NCBI GenBank assembly: GCA_038734275.1
Contig: JAVYOO010000005.1
Coordinates: 31,092-95,091, forward strand
Reading direction: 5' to 3'
DNA: 64,000 nucleotides
From: Archaeoglobaceae archaeon
Lineage (GTDB): Archaea > Halobacteriota > Archaeoglobi > Archaeoglobales > Archaeoglobaceae
In this document: positions 1 through 9,459 of the stretch, piece by piece
How the letters are laid out: every line of letters starts with the position of its first letter
How positions within the stretch are numbered: the stretch's first letter is position 1
Position numbers and translations under genes: made by a program
Notes under the pieces: generated by a model
Databases searched by the model: none
What the model was told of the DNA's origin: nothing
What the model saw: the letters and a program-made list of their open reading frames with translations, nothing else

Positions 1-2
1 CT

Positions 3-2498
3 TTGAGCTTAGATGCTCAGCTGAAATCATCTCAAGTCTCGAGGGTTGCAGAAAACCTGTTTTCTGATGTTGCATCGCAAATATCCGCTCAGCTCGTGGA
101 CATGGCAGCTTTATATCCTAAAGACGGCTATCTAAGAGCAAAGATCTACATGCCAATGTCCATAGGCGGAATTGCCTATAGGATAAACTTTTCTGAGTAT
201 GGAGGGCATCCAAGTATTTACATTGAGTCAGACGAGTATCAGTTGAGAAAAACATTGAGCTTAGGGGCTTTTGCAAGCCTAAAATTTGATAACTTGAGTG
301 GTATTGCTTATAGTTTGAATAAAGAAGGCAAAATAGAGCTAACAAGATCGGTTATTGAATATCCGAGTGCTGTGCTGAAGATAAAGCCAAATTCGGTCCT
401 TTCTGGAAACAACGTAACAATAGACGTTTCTAATTCCACTTCTCCTGTCTTTTGGGAGTGGAAAGTTTTAAACTGGAATGGAACGGTAGTAGCTGAGGGG
501 GACAAAAATCAGAAAATTAGAGAGATTACAATCTATTGGAGCAGTGATATTCCGACCCGATGTAAAAATTACACTTTAATCGGCAGTAGCGAATCTGCAG
601 TGTGTAATTTCACGCTAATAGTTACAGACAGTCGGGGTTTTTATGCAGAGGACACCGAAGAGGTTTTGATAGCCAATAGAGCCGGAGTAGAACCGGATCT
701 ATACATTAGAAAGTTCATAGTTCCCGATACGCTTTCAATTGGACAGCCTTTTGAGTTACACTTAAAATTGGTTGGAAGAGGTTTTGTTTTGAACGAGACG
801 AGAAAGAGTCTCTCAGTTGTAACAGTAATAGACAGATCCCTGAGCATGCACGCGGGAAATATTAACGAAGCACATAGCGAAAGGACACTTTATAAATCCT
901 TCACCAGTAGTGTTCAGCCGAACATCACAAAAATTGTTTTCGATGTGAATAGTTCATTTAAAAATGATGAATTTTATGTAAATATTTCATCCAATCCTGT
1001 CCCAGAAAGAGGAGATTCCGCCTTTGCAGTATATATAACAAAGCCAGACGGTTCAAATCTAACTTTAACCGGAGTTAGAACTTATAAAGATGATAAAATA
1101 GGAGATTCTGAGATCGGAAACTGGACTTTTGAGATAATCGTTGCCAATAAATATCCCTTAAACCTTAATATTAGGATTTACTCAGGGCAGAACTGCCCGG
1201 ACGGGTCATCTTGCAAGCTAAGGGACATTATAACGGCAACTTACACACCCAACATTACTTTGTATAATTTTTCATTACCTAGCGGATACACGAGAAATAA
1301 TGTCTATGAGTTTGCCTACGTTTATGTGCCAGAAAAATATAGAAATAGCTTTTATTTGTGGCTCGGTAACAACTTCTGCAATTACTATTCAGAGGTTAAT
1401 GGAAGTGTTTGTTTCCTTCAGAACATAAATTCAGAACAAAATTACACAGTCTACATAGTCCCAAGGCTTAAGAATGCTACATCGATCGAGGGTAGCCTTT
1501 GGATTGAAAAGCTCGATGCTGCCAAGATAGCATCGATAAAGTTCTTAAATGATAGCCTAAACTTGTCAGATTACAAAGGATTAGTCAACTTCAGCACTTC
1601 TGCCTATGCACATATCGTCAATAATAGCTCATATTTGACAAAGTTGACAACAGACACTTCAGTCGTTATATCCCAGATAAAGAATATTACTGCTAGTGGA
1701 TATACTAATTATCTTTTAGCGCTTAACAAGTCTCTTGAAATTCTTACGGAGAATGAATCCATAATAAGTGGAACAAAACCGTTAATTGTTTTCCTCAGCG
1801 ATGGTATGCCCACTTGCAAAAGGGTCTCAAGCTGTTCAGGTGTAGGTTGTTACAACTTGGACGGAGAATACTTCATATGTAGCTTAACTGCATGCAATCC
1901 AGACGATTGCGGAAGTCAGGTCATACCGAGAGCAAATGAGATAAAAAATATAACCATTGGTGGTGAATATATCGATATCTGCACAATAGGCTTTGGGGAT
2001 AAAAAATATTACAACGAAACGATCCTTAAGTTAATGTCGGGTAGGAGAAATCTAACCAATCAAAGCCAAATTATGGAATGTTATTACTCAGCCCAGACTC
2101 TCGATGAGCTAATAAATGCTTTTGTGAGCATAGGCAAGCTTTATGAGCGTGCTGCAACAAATATAACGCTAAATGATACGATACCTATTGAAATTAGCCT
2201 ATACATGTATCCAGAGGTAAAACCAGAACTGTTCATTGATGGAAAAGCAAACTGCACTTTAGAGTGGGACTTTGTTAGTGGGGGAACAAGCATATCGATG
2301 CAGTGTAGCGAAATCTACATTGATGATATCGTTGAAATAGTTTTAAAACTCATGCCAAAGGAGGCGAAAACCATAAAGATCAACGAGGGCGGGATTGTGG
2401 TATACTATGACATCAATAACCAGAGAAGGGAATTTAGACTGCCTGAAATGTGGGTAGAAGTAAAGAGTGTATCTGGGGCTTCAGTGGAGATATCATGA
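3..2498 (+). CDS. large extracellular vWA-like protein (5' end outside window)
   Basis: The ORF is open from the window edge. It has a MIDAS-like DxSxS motif (VIDRSLSM) and a later vWA-type strand (LIVFLSDGMPT). It carries very many N-x-S/T sequons. Its stop overlaps the next start (ATGA at 2495-2498). Confidence 0.55.
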   Translation: MSLDAQLKSSQVSRVAENLFSDVASQISAQLVDMAALYPKDGYLRAKIYMPMSIGGIAYRINFSEYGGHPSIYIESDEYQLRKTLSLGAFASLKFDNLSGIAYSLNKEGKIELTRSVIEYPSAVLKIKPNSVLSGNNVTIDVSNSTSPVFWEWKVLNWNGTVVAEGDKNQKIREITIYWSSDIPTRCKNYTLIGSSESAVCNFTLIVTDSRGFYAEDTEEVLIANRAGVEPDLYIRKFIVPDTLSIGQPFELHLKLVGRGFVLNETRKSLSVVTVIDRSLSMHAGNINEAHSERTLYKSFTSSVQPNITKIVFDVNSSFKNDEFYVNISSNPVPERGDSAFAVYITKPDGSNLTLTGVRTYKDDKIGDSEIGNWTFEIIVANKYPLNLNIRIYSGQNCPDGSSCKLRDIITATYTPNITLYNFSLPSGYTRNNVYEFAYVYVPEKYRNSFYLWLGNNFCNYYSEVNGSVCFLQNINSEQNYTVYIVPRLKNATSIEGSLWIEKLDAAKIASIKFLNDSLNLSDYKGLVNFSTSAYAHIVNNSSYLTKLTTDTSVVISQIKNITASGYTNYLLALNKSLEILTENESIISGTKPLIVFLSDGMPTCKRVSSCSGVGCYNLDGEYFICSLTACNPDDCGSQVIPRANEIKNITIGGEYIDICTIGFGDKKYYNETILKLMSGRRNLTNQSQIMECYYSAQTLDELINAFVSIGKLYERAATNITLNDTIPIEISLYMYPEVKPELFIDGKANCTLEWDFVSGGTSISMQCSEIYIDDIVEIVLKLMPKEAKTIKINEGGIVVYYDINNQRREFRLPEMWVEVKSVSGASVEIS

Positions 2499-3184
2499 AC
2501 TCTAAAGGTGTTTCAGAGGTATTTGGCGGTCTTTTGGTTCTCTTAGCAATAGTAGGTGTTGCAGGGATTATATTTACGATATCTTACCCTACTATATGGG
2601 TTGCTCAGGAAAATGTGAAGATGAGGAATGCTTATTTCGATCTATTCGAATTGCGGGAAAAAATCGAAAGGGTTAGATCGGGTCTCGAATTTAAGTCGAT
2701 TCACACAATTCAGCTATACGATCTCTCCATAGATTTTAGGAATGAGCCCATAATTAGAATTAACAACACCAATTACAGCATCTCGTCAATAAAGCTAATT
2801 GGGCACGATGGATATGTAGCTTATGAAAACGGCGCCATTATAATGAACCGCAGCGGGATTGCGAAAATGATGAGTTCTCCTAACATCAACTATATAAACA
2901 ATACAAGAACACTTTATTTGCCGATAATAAAACTCCAGAGTAATTTCTCGGTAGCAATGGAAGGATTTGCTGGAAAAAGCGTAAATTTGCCAGTGTACTT
3001 TTATCTTAGAAATACAAGCACGATTATGGGAGATGGTCCGATCGTTTTTTATTCAACAAATGCAAACGCATGGGAGGAGTTTTTCAGGCTCATTGGAATC
3101 AATTTCACTCGGTCAGGAAACTATATAACAATCCAAAACATTAGTTATTTTGCCGTGATCTATGAGGTTGAGATTTATGGATGA
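2495..3184 (+). CDS. archaeal type IV pilin-like protein (class III signal peptide, DUF1628-like)
   Basis: With the internal ATG at 2495, the N-terminus is MNSKGVSEVFGGLLVLLAIVGVAGIIF. That is a short polar leader followed by a hydrophobic helix, as in prepilin-peptidase substrates. The start is coupled to the upstream stop by an ATGA overlap. Confidence 0.6.
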   Translation: MNSKGVSEVFGGLLVLLAIVGVAGIIFTISYPTIWVAQENVKMRNAYFDLFELREKIERVRSGLEFKSIHTIQLYDLSIDFRNEPIIRINNTNYSISSIKLIGHDGYVAYENGAIIMNRSGIAKMMSSPNINYINNTRTLYLPIIKLQSNFSVAMEGFAGKSVNLPVYFYLRNTSTIMGDGPIVFYSTNANAWEEFFRLIGINFTRSGNYITIQNISYFAVIYEVEIYG

Positions 3185-3929
3185 TAGGGCAATTTCTGAA
3201 ATTCTGGGCTACATGATGATCTTCGGTGTAGTTTTGATCCTAATAAGCATAGTTTATGTTCAAGTGTATACCACCACAATAGATACCGCGGAGAAGTTCA
3301 GAATAATTAGCATGAGGGAGAGTTTTAGAAAGATATATGATGTTTTTGCTCTCTCGCTTTATGGTGGTGCAAATTTACAGCAAATACAGCTCGAACTTCA
3401 AGGTGGTAGTTTCTATATAGCAAATAATACTACTGTCGAGATTGTGGTTGAATCCGAGAATACGATTGACACTTATGTTTTTAATCTAAGATCGCTAAAC
3501 TATAAAATTGGAAATTTCAGAATATCCTTTGAGAATGGTGCATTACTGGAAGAATACTATGATTACTGCAAATTTGTCCAACCGCCAAGTATATACATAA
3601 AACCGGTTCAATCCTTAGAAGCGTCAGGTGCGATGGAGAAAGTTCTTGTGTTGGTTTTGAATGAGATAGAATCCAATTTGAGCGTTGCAGGTGGTGGATC
3701 GATCGTTATGGTGTTCAATTCGTCTCTTAAGTCTTCGAGGATTTATCCATCAACAGGAAAGATCGTCTTAACCGTAACTTCTGATTATCCGGAGCTTTGG
3801 ATGAATTATTTTAGTGAACTCGGGGGTTCGGTCTCCTTAGTTGGTAATAACCAGATAAATGCCCAATTAACATTTAACAAGCTCGTGTTGGCGGTTTACA
3901 AGACCAATGTAACAGTTAAGAAGTTCTAA
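3177..3929 (+). CDS. archaeal type IV pilin-like protein (class III signal peptide, DUF1628-like)
   Basis: With the ATG at 3177, the N-terminus is MDDRAISEILGYMMIFGVVLILISIVYV. It overlaps the upstream gene by 8 nt. It is a paralog-like partner of the preceding gene. Confidence 0.6.
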   Translation: MDDRAISEILGYMMIFGVVLILISIVYVQVYTTTIDTAEKFRIISMRESFRKIYDVFALSLYGGANLQQIQLELQGGSFYIANNTTVEIVVESENTIDTYVFNLRSLNYKIGNFRISFENGALLEEYYDYCKFVQPPSIYIKPVQSLEASGAMEKVLVLVLNEIESNLSVAGGGSIVMVFNSSLKSSRIYPSTGKIVLTVTSDYPELWMNYFSELGGSVSLVGNNQINAQLTFNKLVLAVYKTNVTVKKF

Positions 3930-6900
3930 TTAAACACATCCACAAGCGTTATCTGCTTATTTTCCATCAACAAAGACCTTATCTCGTATTCGATTAGCTT
4001 AAGCCTCTGCTTCGTGTATTCAGAAACATTGTAGTTCTCGCATAGCTTCTTCGAAAGCTCAAGATACTTTACAATGGAACTGCTGTGCACTGTTAGCGTT
4101 AGATTGCCCCCACACTTTCTGCACTTGCCATTCAAAGGCAGTCTGCGATACTTCTCGTTGCAGTCAACACATCTAAACTCCTGCCTTGAAAAAGCCCTCA
4201 GATTTCCGATTATGTCTGGCAGAAAGTGCAGAGTGACTACTCTTTCCGCAACATCGTGTTCGTCAACTGCAGAGATCTTCTTTGCAAGTTCCATCTGCTT
4301 TTCCACTTTTTCTTCCATTGTCTTCAGCTTTTTGTAAGCACTCTCCTTGACTCCAAGCGTAATATCGGTGTCGTGAGTAAACTTGAGCATGCAAAATCTT
4401 GTTTCCGAACTAAGTCGATCTTTGACTCTTTCAATCAGATCTTCGCACTCCTTTGGATTTGCAAACTCTAGCGTTGCTTTGTAGAATTCCAGCGGATACT
4501 GGGAAACGATGTCCATATTGTGGACTTCCTTGTCAACTTCTCTCGGATCAACGATCACTGTTAGCACCAGAGGGGCATCCATCTGTCCTCCGCGTTTTTC
4601 TGGCAAGAAATGTCTTGAAAAGTTTAGCAAGCCATCGAGGAGGAGCATTACACAATCTTCGTCGCCATCGCAGTTCCTTCGCTTCGCAGCATGGAAGTAT
4701 GGGTGTGCATAACAGCCAAGCACGTCTGCAAAGCCTATGATCCTTCCAAGGACTCCTGCAGAGGTATGTGGAGCAAGGCCAATCACAAGATGTCCTATAA
4801 GGTCTTCAGGTTTTTCAACATTGTAAAATGGCCCAATCTTGTAGAATTTAACAAGCAGATCGTCAATAAACTTCGCAACCCTTACAAGGTATTCCGCGCA
4901 GTCTTTTGAGATCACTATATCCTGTGGCATAAGCTCTAAAATCTGATCTTCGTTTTTTAACTCAATCCCCAAATAATCTCTTGTGTATCCAAGTTCTTTC
5001 AGCTTCTCAACACTAACTCCTATCTCTCTTGGCTTAAAATGAGTCAAAGGAAGGTCTGTCATGTCATATCTAATTGTGCCGTCCTTGAAAACGTATACGC
5101 CATGTTTTGCCCTAAGAATTCCCTTCTCAACCCTTTCCGGAACCTTGTTCTTGGAAGTAAGACCGATTACCCCTTTTACGATCTCCAGTTCATCACGCTC
5201 ACCGAGATTCTGAAGAGCTCTCTCATAGAGAGCCCTTATATCGACAGCTCTCTTCATGTATCCTCTCATCTCGCTCCCGCATTTTTTGCAGAACTCCGAA
5301 GTATCTTTAATTCTGCACTTTGGGCAATAGTAAATCTGCTCAGTATCGCCACCGCAATCACATTTAAGCCAGAAAGTTTCTTTTCCACATGTTTTACATT
5401 TTCTTAAAGCAATTTCAACTTCAATTAGTCCTTTTGCAGAATTGTAGTCATTTTTATGGTCTATGGCACTTTTTACATCTCTTCTCTTCCCACCTGCAAA
5501 GCTTACGGGAAAGAGTAAATGTGGTGGAGGGCTCATTTTTCTCTCCTTGGCTTTTTCAGGTCTTCCCATTCTTGCTCCTATTCTCGAAGGTGCTTTTGCC
5601 CGAACAGTTATTCCTGAAACGTTCTTTATAACTTCAAGCACACTTTCGCCTGCAATTTCGCCCACCTTCCTCAGTCTAAAATCGAGCCCTAAGCATCGCA
5701 CGAGCACCTTCCATTTTTCGATCACTATCCCATCTCTAACCTTATGTTCTACAAGCAAATTTTCGAGAATTTCTTTGGCTTTTTTATCATAAGGTAGCAA
5801 GAGGCAGCTTTTTCTCTGCCCCTCAATTTTCCCTCGGGCACTAATAAAATCACGGAGATAGCAGAAATCTTCAATTGTTATGTCGTGCCATAAGTATGTG
5901 TAGTCCGGATGCATCGGAACTCCAAGTTCGTCAGAGAGCTTTAAAGCGGTTTCTTCATCGATTTGAGTATCTTTAATTCCGCTTTCAAGAGCCCACCATT
6001 CTCTGCAATAAGAAGCTGGAACGAGTGGATGGTTGTTTTCGAGAAAATCGCCGTAGTTTATCAAAATCTCGCCAAGATCAAGTATCTTTTCAACTTCATT
6101 TTTCAATTCAATCGCTTCTTTGACACTGTTGATTCTAACAACATCTCCATTTTTGAGTCTAACCGTCGGCCCTTCAATTGTCGTTACAGGCACAACACTC
6201 CCTGCTTTACCGGGTCTTTCTATCTTTAATTGGGTTCCTATAGCTACGAAATCAATTAAGGCCATAGTTGCAGGGTTTATTCCTACTGTTGCCAAACCAG
6301 AGTTTCTTGCTCTGCCGTATCTCAACCTAAAGCCCCCCTTTCTCGAAGGATGACTCAAAACAGGCCTTCCTGCGACAAGGTCTGCTAAATATTTACTTCG
6401 AGGCTTTACGTCCACTTCCTCTTCTGAGTCTTTTTTAATCAGCTTATCAAGCCATTCCCATCCATCGATTTTAAGCTCATCTACCATTTTTTTTAGCTTC
6501 GGGGCCTTTAGAGCTATACCCTCCGCTATTATTAAAGCCATTCCTCCTCTAACTCTGTTTGTCTCAACTCTTGGCAGATTTCTGTAGCCTGAAACTTCCG
6601 CCTCTTCTGTTGGCTCGCCATCTATGCAAATTGGACAGTTAGAGACGATCAGCCTTATCTCCTCATCTGTTGGTAAATACTGGAGGTTTGCAACCCTTTT
6701 GTAGAGCTGTATCTCTTCGCAATATCTCAAGACCTCTTCTTCTGTAGGAATGTATCTTCCAAGGCCAACTTTCCTGCGAACGTAGTCTGCAATGAGAACA
6801 GAAATTACCTGTGCAGTCCCTCCAGCACTTCTTATCGGCCCAGCGTAGTAAACCTTCAAGAAATTGCTCCCATCGCTGTTTTTGTCAATTGAAACCTTTG

Positions 6901-7324
6901 CAATTCCCTCGATGGGTGCAGCAACAACTCCTTCAGTCATTATAGCAACCGCAGTCCTTATGGCTTTGTCTATTGCCTCTAAATAGTCCATTCTTCCAAA
7001 TTTTCCATCGACAATCTCTTCTGCAATTTTAAAGCAGATCTTATCCCTCTCCATCCCTCCCTCTTCAAGCTCCCTGATTCTCTTGGCAACACCATTAAGC
7101 CCTATTAGCTTCTCAACTCTCTCAGCCATGTCTTTTGCAATCAAAATCTCGACCTTTGGCTCAGGATCAAGACCTTTTGCTCTTGCAATCTCGGCAATCT
7201 TATAGGCTTCTTCAAGTTTCTCGCTTAGCATTTTGTGGTATTCTCTTATTTTTTCGATAGCCCAGTAATCGTTATCTTGTTCTCTGTCGAAAAGAGGGAA
7301 AAACCTGTCAAGGGTGAGATGCAT
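3926..7324 (-). CDS. polC: DNA polymerase II (family D) large subunit DP2
   Basis: The ORF is 1132 aa with a typical DP2 N-terminus and C-terminal Zn-finger Cys clusters (CKTCGK..CDCGG..CPKC..CKKCG, CVDCNEKY..CRKCGG). The reading frame is continuous and I saw no intein-like insertion. Confidence 0.92.
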   Translation of the reverse strand: MHLTLDRFFPLFDREQDNDYWAIEKIREYHKMLSEKLEEAYKIAEIARAKGLDPEPKVEILIAKDMAERVEKLIGLNGVAKRIRELEEGGMERDKICFKIAEEIVDGKFGRMDYLEAIDKAIRTAVAIMTEGVVAAPIEGIAKVSIDKNSDGSNFLKVYYAGPIRSAGGTAQVISVLIADYVRRKVGLGRYIPTEEEVLRYCEEIQLYKRVANLQYLPTDEEIRLIVSNCPICIDGEPTEEAEVSGYRNLPRVETNRVRGGMALIIAEGIALKAPKLKKMVDELKIDGWEWLDKLIKKDSEEEVDVKPRSKYLADLVAGRPVLSHPSRKGGFRLRYGRARNSGLATVGINPATMALIDFVAIGTQLKIERPGKAGSVVPVTTIEGPTVRLKNGDVVRINSVKEAIELKNEVEKILDLGEILINYGDFLENNHPLVPASYCREWWALESGIKDTQIDEETALKLSDELGVPMHPDYTYLWHDITIEDFCYLRDFISARGKIEGQRKSCLLLPYDKKAKEILENLLVEHKVRDGIVIEKWKVLVRCLGLDFRLRKVGEIAGESVLEVIKNVSGITVRAKAPSRIGARMGRPEKAKERKMSPPPHLLFPVSFAGGKRRDVKSAIDHKNDYNSAKGLIEVEIALRKCKTCGKETFWLKCDCGGDTEQIYYCPKCRIKDTSEFCKKCGSEMRGYMKRAVDIRALYERALQNLGERDELEIVKGVIGLTSKNKVPERVEKGILRAKHGVYVFKDGTIRYDMTDLPLTHFKPREIGVSVEKLKELGYTRDYLGIELKNEDQILELMPQDIVISKDCAEYLVRVAKFIDDLLVKFYKIGPFYNVEKPEDLIGHLVIGLAPHTSAGVLGRIIGFADVLGCYAHPYFHAAKRRNCDGDEDCVMLLLDGLLNFSRHFLPEKRGGQMDAPLVLTVIVDPREVDKEVHNMDIVSQYPLEFYKATLEFANPKECEDLIERVKDRLSSETRFCMLKFTHDTDITLGVKESAYKKLKTMEEKVEKQMELAKKISAVDEHDVAERVVTLHFLPDIIGNLRAFSRQEFRCVDCNEKYRRLPLNGKCRKCGGNLTLTVHSSSIVKYLELSKKLCENYNVSEYTKQRLKLIEYEIRSLLMENKQITLVDVFN

Positions 7325-7406
7325 ACAATGAATTTAGCATGAATAAATAAAGCTTTTTGGACAGTAGAGCGTTTATCATCTCCTTTTTTTATTTTTAGCC
7401 ACAGCA

Positions 7407-7757
7407 TCACTTCTTTTGCATGATAATAGTTATTACATCTTCCTCTGTGCTCTCGTTACCCTCACTGAGCTCGATATCAGCCTTAAAGCTCTTGAAATTT
7501 CCAAAGTCACTCAGATAGTTGGCGAAAATCGAGTTCGGAATGATCCCACCGTTCTCTGGAGCGGTCTCAAGAAGCTTTACTCTGAATTTTAACTCTTTGC
7601 CCGCTCTTGCAACGCTCACCACGTCACCCTCATTTATTCCACTTCTCTTTGCAAAATCTGGATGCAAGTAGATCGTTGCCTTCTTGCTCTCCTGCGAGAG
7701 CCTTGCAATAACTATGTTAGCCTCGAACTTCATCAGCTTTGTTAAACGGATCATCAC
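7407..7757 (-). CDS. fwdD: formylmethanofuran dehydrogenase subunit D-like (molybdopterin dinucleotide-binding domain)
   Basis: 116 aa with the small beta-barrel signature GINEGDVVSV..G..KFRVKL. Its start overlaps the fwdB stop (GTGATGA). Confidence 0.75.
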   Translation of the reverse strand: MMIRLTKLMKFEANIVIARLSQESKKATIYLHPDFAKRSGINEGDVVSVARAGKELKFRVKLLETAPENGGIIPNSIFANYLSDFGNFKSFKADIELSEGNESTEEDVITIIMQKK

Positions 7758-8950
7758 AATCCCTCCAGAATTCTTTTAAGCACGTAAACATCATCAACTT
7801 CAGCCTTTGCAATTGGAGAGAGCTTCAGCCTTACACCATCGCTTCTTACCATTTCTCCACCGCATTCGATCCCAGAAAATGCGGACGGCAGTACAACTTC
7901 GGCAACTCTGGCAGTCAAGGAGAAGCGGGGATCGAGAACGATCTTCTTTACTTTTGCAAGCTTGCTCGAAACCTCGTAGGGCAAAGAAGCAATTGGATCT
8001 GTGCCAACAATGAGTGCGGTATCGATCTTCTCGCTCTTCAAAAGCTCTGTGAATGCAAATTCTGGCGATGAATTTGCAGAAGAGAAGCTGAACTTGTTCA
8101 CCGCTCCAACTGCCTCAAAAAGGGTCTCATTAAAGCCACGCATGTTCGCATGAAAGCCCGCTGGAATAAAGTAGAGCGGAGCAAATTCGTTTATTTTTCT
8201 AATAAGCTCTATAAAAGCCTTAAAATTATTTTTTAGCCCGTATTTAAGACCAAGCCCACCAAAGACGACGTTGAAGTCCGCTTTCTTCATTTCTCTTAGA
8301 ATGCTTGCAACTTCATATTTACCCGCTTTACCCTCTAAGGCCTTGTTAAATGATTCAATAAGCTCAAGATCGTTTTGAACCTGAATAAATCTTGCATTTT
8401 TCTTTGCAAGCTTTGCGGTCTCTGTTCTTCGAATGTCGACAACAACGAGATAGCGATCCTCGTCATAGCCCCTCTGCCTTTTGGCACCCCTTGGGTAATA
8501 GGTATAGCGGGACATGTGCCTCGGTAGGCTGTGATAGGGATTTGCCCCCCAATAGATCATGACGTAAGCTTTGTCTCTAACCTCATCAAGCGTTGCACTC
8601 GGGAGCTCTTTCTTTAGAATTGCCTCAACGAATTCCCCAAGGCAGAACGAGGAGTTGTCGTCGATGTAGCAGTTCAACTTCTTCGCTATTTCAATCGCAA
8701 GTTTCTGGGCTTCGACTGTTGAAGTGTCAAGCCCATAAATCGCGGGACTTTTTGCAGACTTTAGCAGTTCAATTGCACTCTCTATGGCTTTGTCGAGATC
8801 CACCTCTTTTCCATTAACCAATGGCTTCGATCTCTGCTCTTTATAGCGTGATATGTGCTTGTAGCCTCTCTCGCATGCATGGAGCACTTTTCCGTCTACA
8901 AGCTCAACGTCATCGCAAAGGCAAGAACATGCGGTGCAGATCATCTTCAT
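7754..8950 (-). CDS. fwdB: formylmethanofuran dehydrogenase subunit B-like molybdo/tungstopterin subunit
   Basis: I chose the ATG at 8950 as start because it overlaps the upstream stop (ATGA). This gives the N-terminus MKMICTACSCLCDDVELV, an FwdB-type Cys motif. Size and layout are those of the molybdopterin oxidoreductase family. Confidence 0.8.
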   Translation of the reverse strand: MKMICTACSCLCDDVELVDGKVLHACERGYKHISRYKEQRSKPLVNGKEVDLDKAIESAIELLKSAKSPAIYGLDTSTVEAQKLAIEIAKKLNCYIDDNSSFCLGEFVEAILKKELPSATLDEVRDKAYVMIYWGANPYHSLPRHMSRYTYYPRGAKRQRGYDEDRYLVVVDIRRTETAKLAKKNARFIQVQNDLELIESFNKALEGKAGKYEVASILREMKKADFNVVFGGLGLKYGLKNNFKAFIELIRKINEFAPLYFIPAGFHANMRGFNETLFEAVGAVNKFSFSSANSSPEFAFTELLKSEKIDTALIVGTDPIASLPYEVSSKLAKVKKIVLDPRFSLTARVAEVVLPSAFSGIECGGEMVRSDGVRLKLSPIAKAEVDDVYVLKRILEGL

Positions 8951-9417
8951 CCCTCCAGAAAGCTGATCGCATCTGTTGGGCAGTTCTCTCGGCAAACGAT
9001 GCAGAGAATTCTGCTTTTACCATATCTTCTGCATGCATGCATGTTCATGATCACAAGTTTGCCGTTTTCAATGCGGTAGATCGGATCCTTAATCGTAATG
9101 CCTTTGCCAATGCCCGCCCCATGGGGGTCCTTTTCAACGTGAACTGGGCAAACGACGATGCAGTTTCCACAGCCGTTGCAGTTTTCGCTTTTTACGATCA
9201 AACCTGTCTCTGTAGCTTCGGCAAGTGGCTTAACGAGTTCTTGAAGTTTTTTAAGCTGAACTTCGTATTTTTTATCCTCGAATAGTGGTTTGCAGTCTTC
9301 AAGCTTCTTTTCTCTGTTGATGAGCTTGAAGGCGAAGCTCATACATGTTTGCTCGCCACATTTCTTGCAGTTGGTTTTTGGCAGAAGCTTGTAAACTTCC
9401 ATTGGAGTTAAAGGCAT
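8947..9417 (-). CDS. iron-sulfur protein: N-terminal CdhE/RnfB-type FeS domain plus a 2x[4Fe-4S] ferredoxin domain
   Basis: The N-terminus contains LPKTNCKKCGEQTCMSFAFKL...EDC. It is followed by CNGCGNCIVVCP and C..C..C...CP motifs. Confidence 0.75.
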   Translation of the reverse strand: MPLTPMEVYKLLPKTNCKKCGEQTCMSFAFKLINREKKLEDCKPLFEDKKYEVQLKKLQELVKPLAEATETGLIVKSENCNGCGNCIVVCPVHVEKDPHGAGIGKGITIKDPIYRIENGKLVIMNMHACRRYGKSRILCIVCRENCPTDAISFLEG

Positions 9418-9459
9418 AAAAAAAGTTGCTCTCTTCCTAAAAAATTTTTCTAACTTTTT

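Noticed and set aside
4074-6353. A string of 67-122 aa ORFs on the plus strand inside the PolD DP2 gene
   Set aside because: They lie antisense to a well-supported 1132-aa gene. They have low-complexity Ser/Leu/Phe-rich translations typical of shadow ORFs.
3926-7324. A possible intein in the PolD large subunit, as seen in some euryarchaea
   Set aside because: At 1132 aa the length is that of an intein-free DP2. I saw no Cys/Ser...HN-Cys/Ser/Thr splice-junction block or homing-endonuclease-like insertion.
7754-8950. A possible selenocysteine (in-frame TGA) in the FwdB-like subunit
   Set aside because: The reading frame is uninterrupted. The enzyme appears to be a Cys-type homolog, and there is no internal stop to recode.
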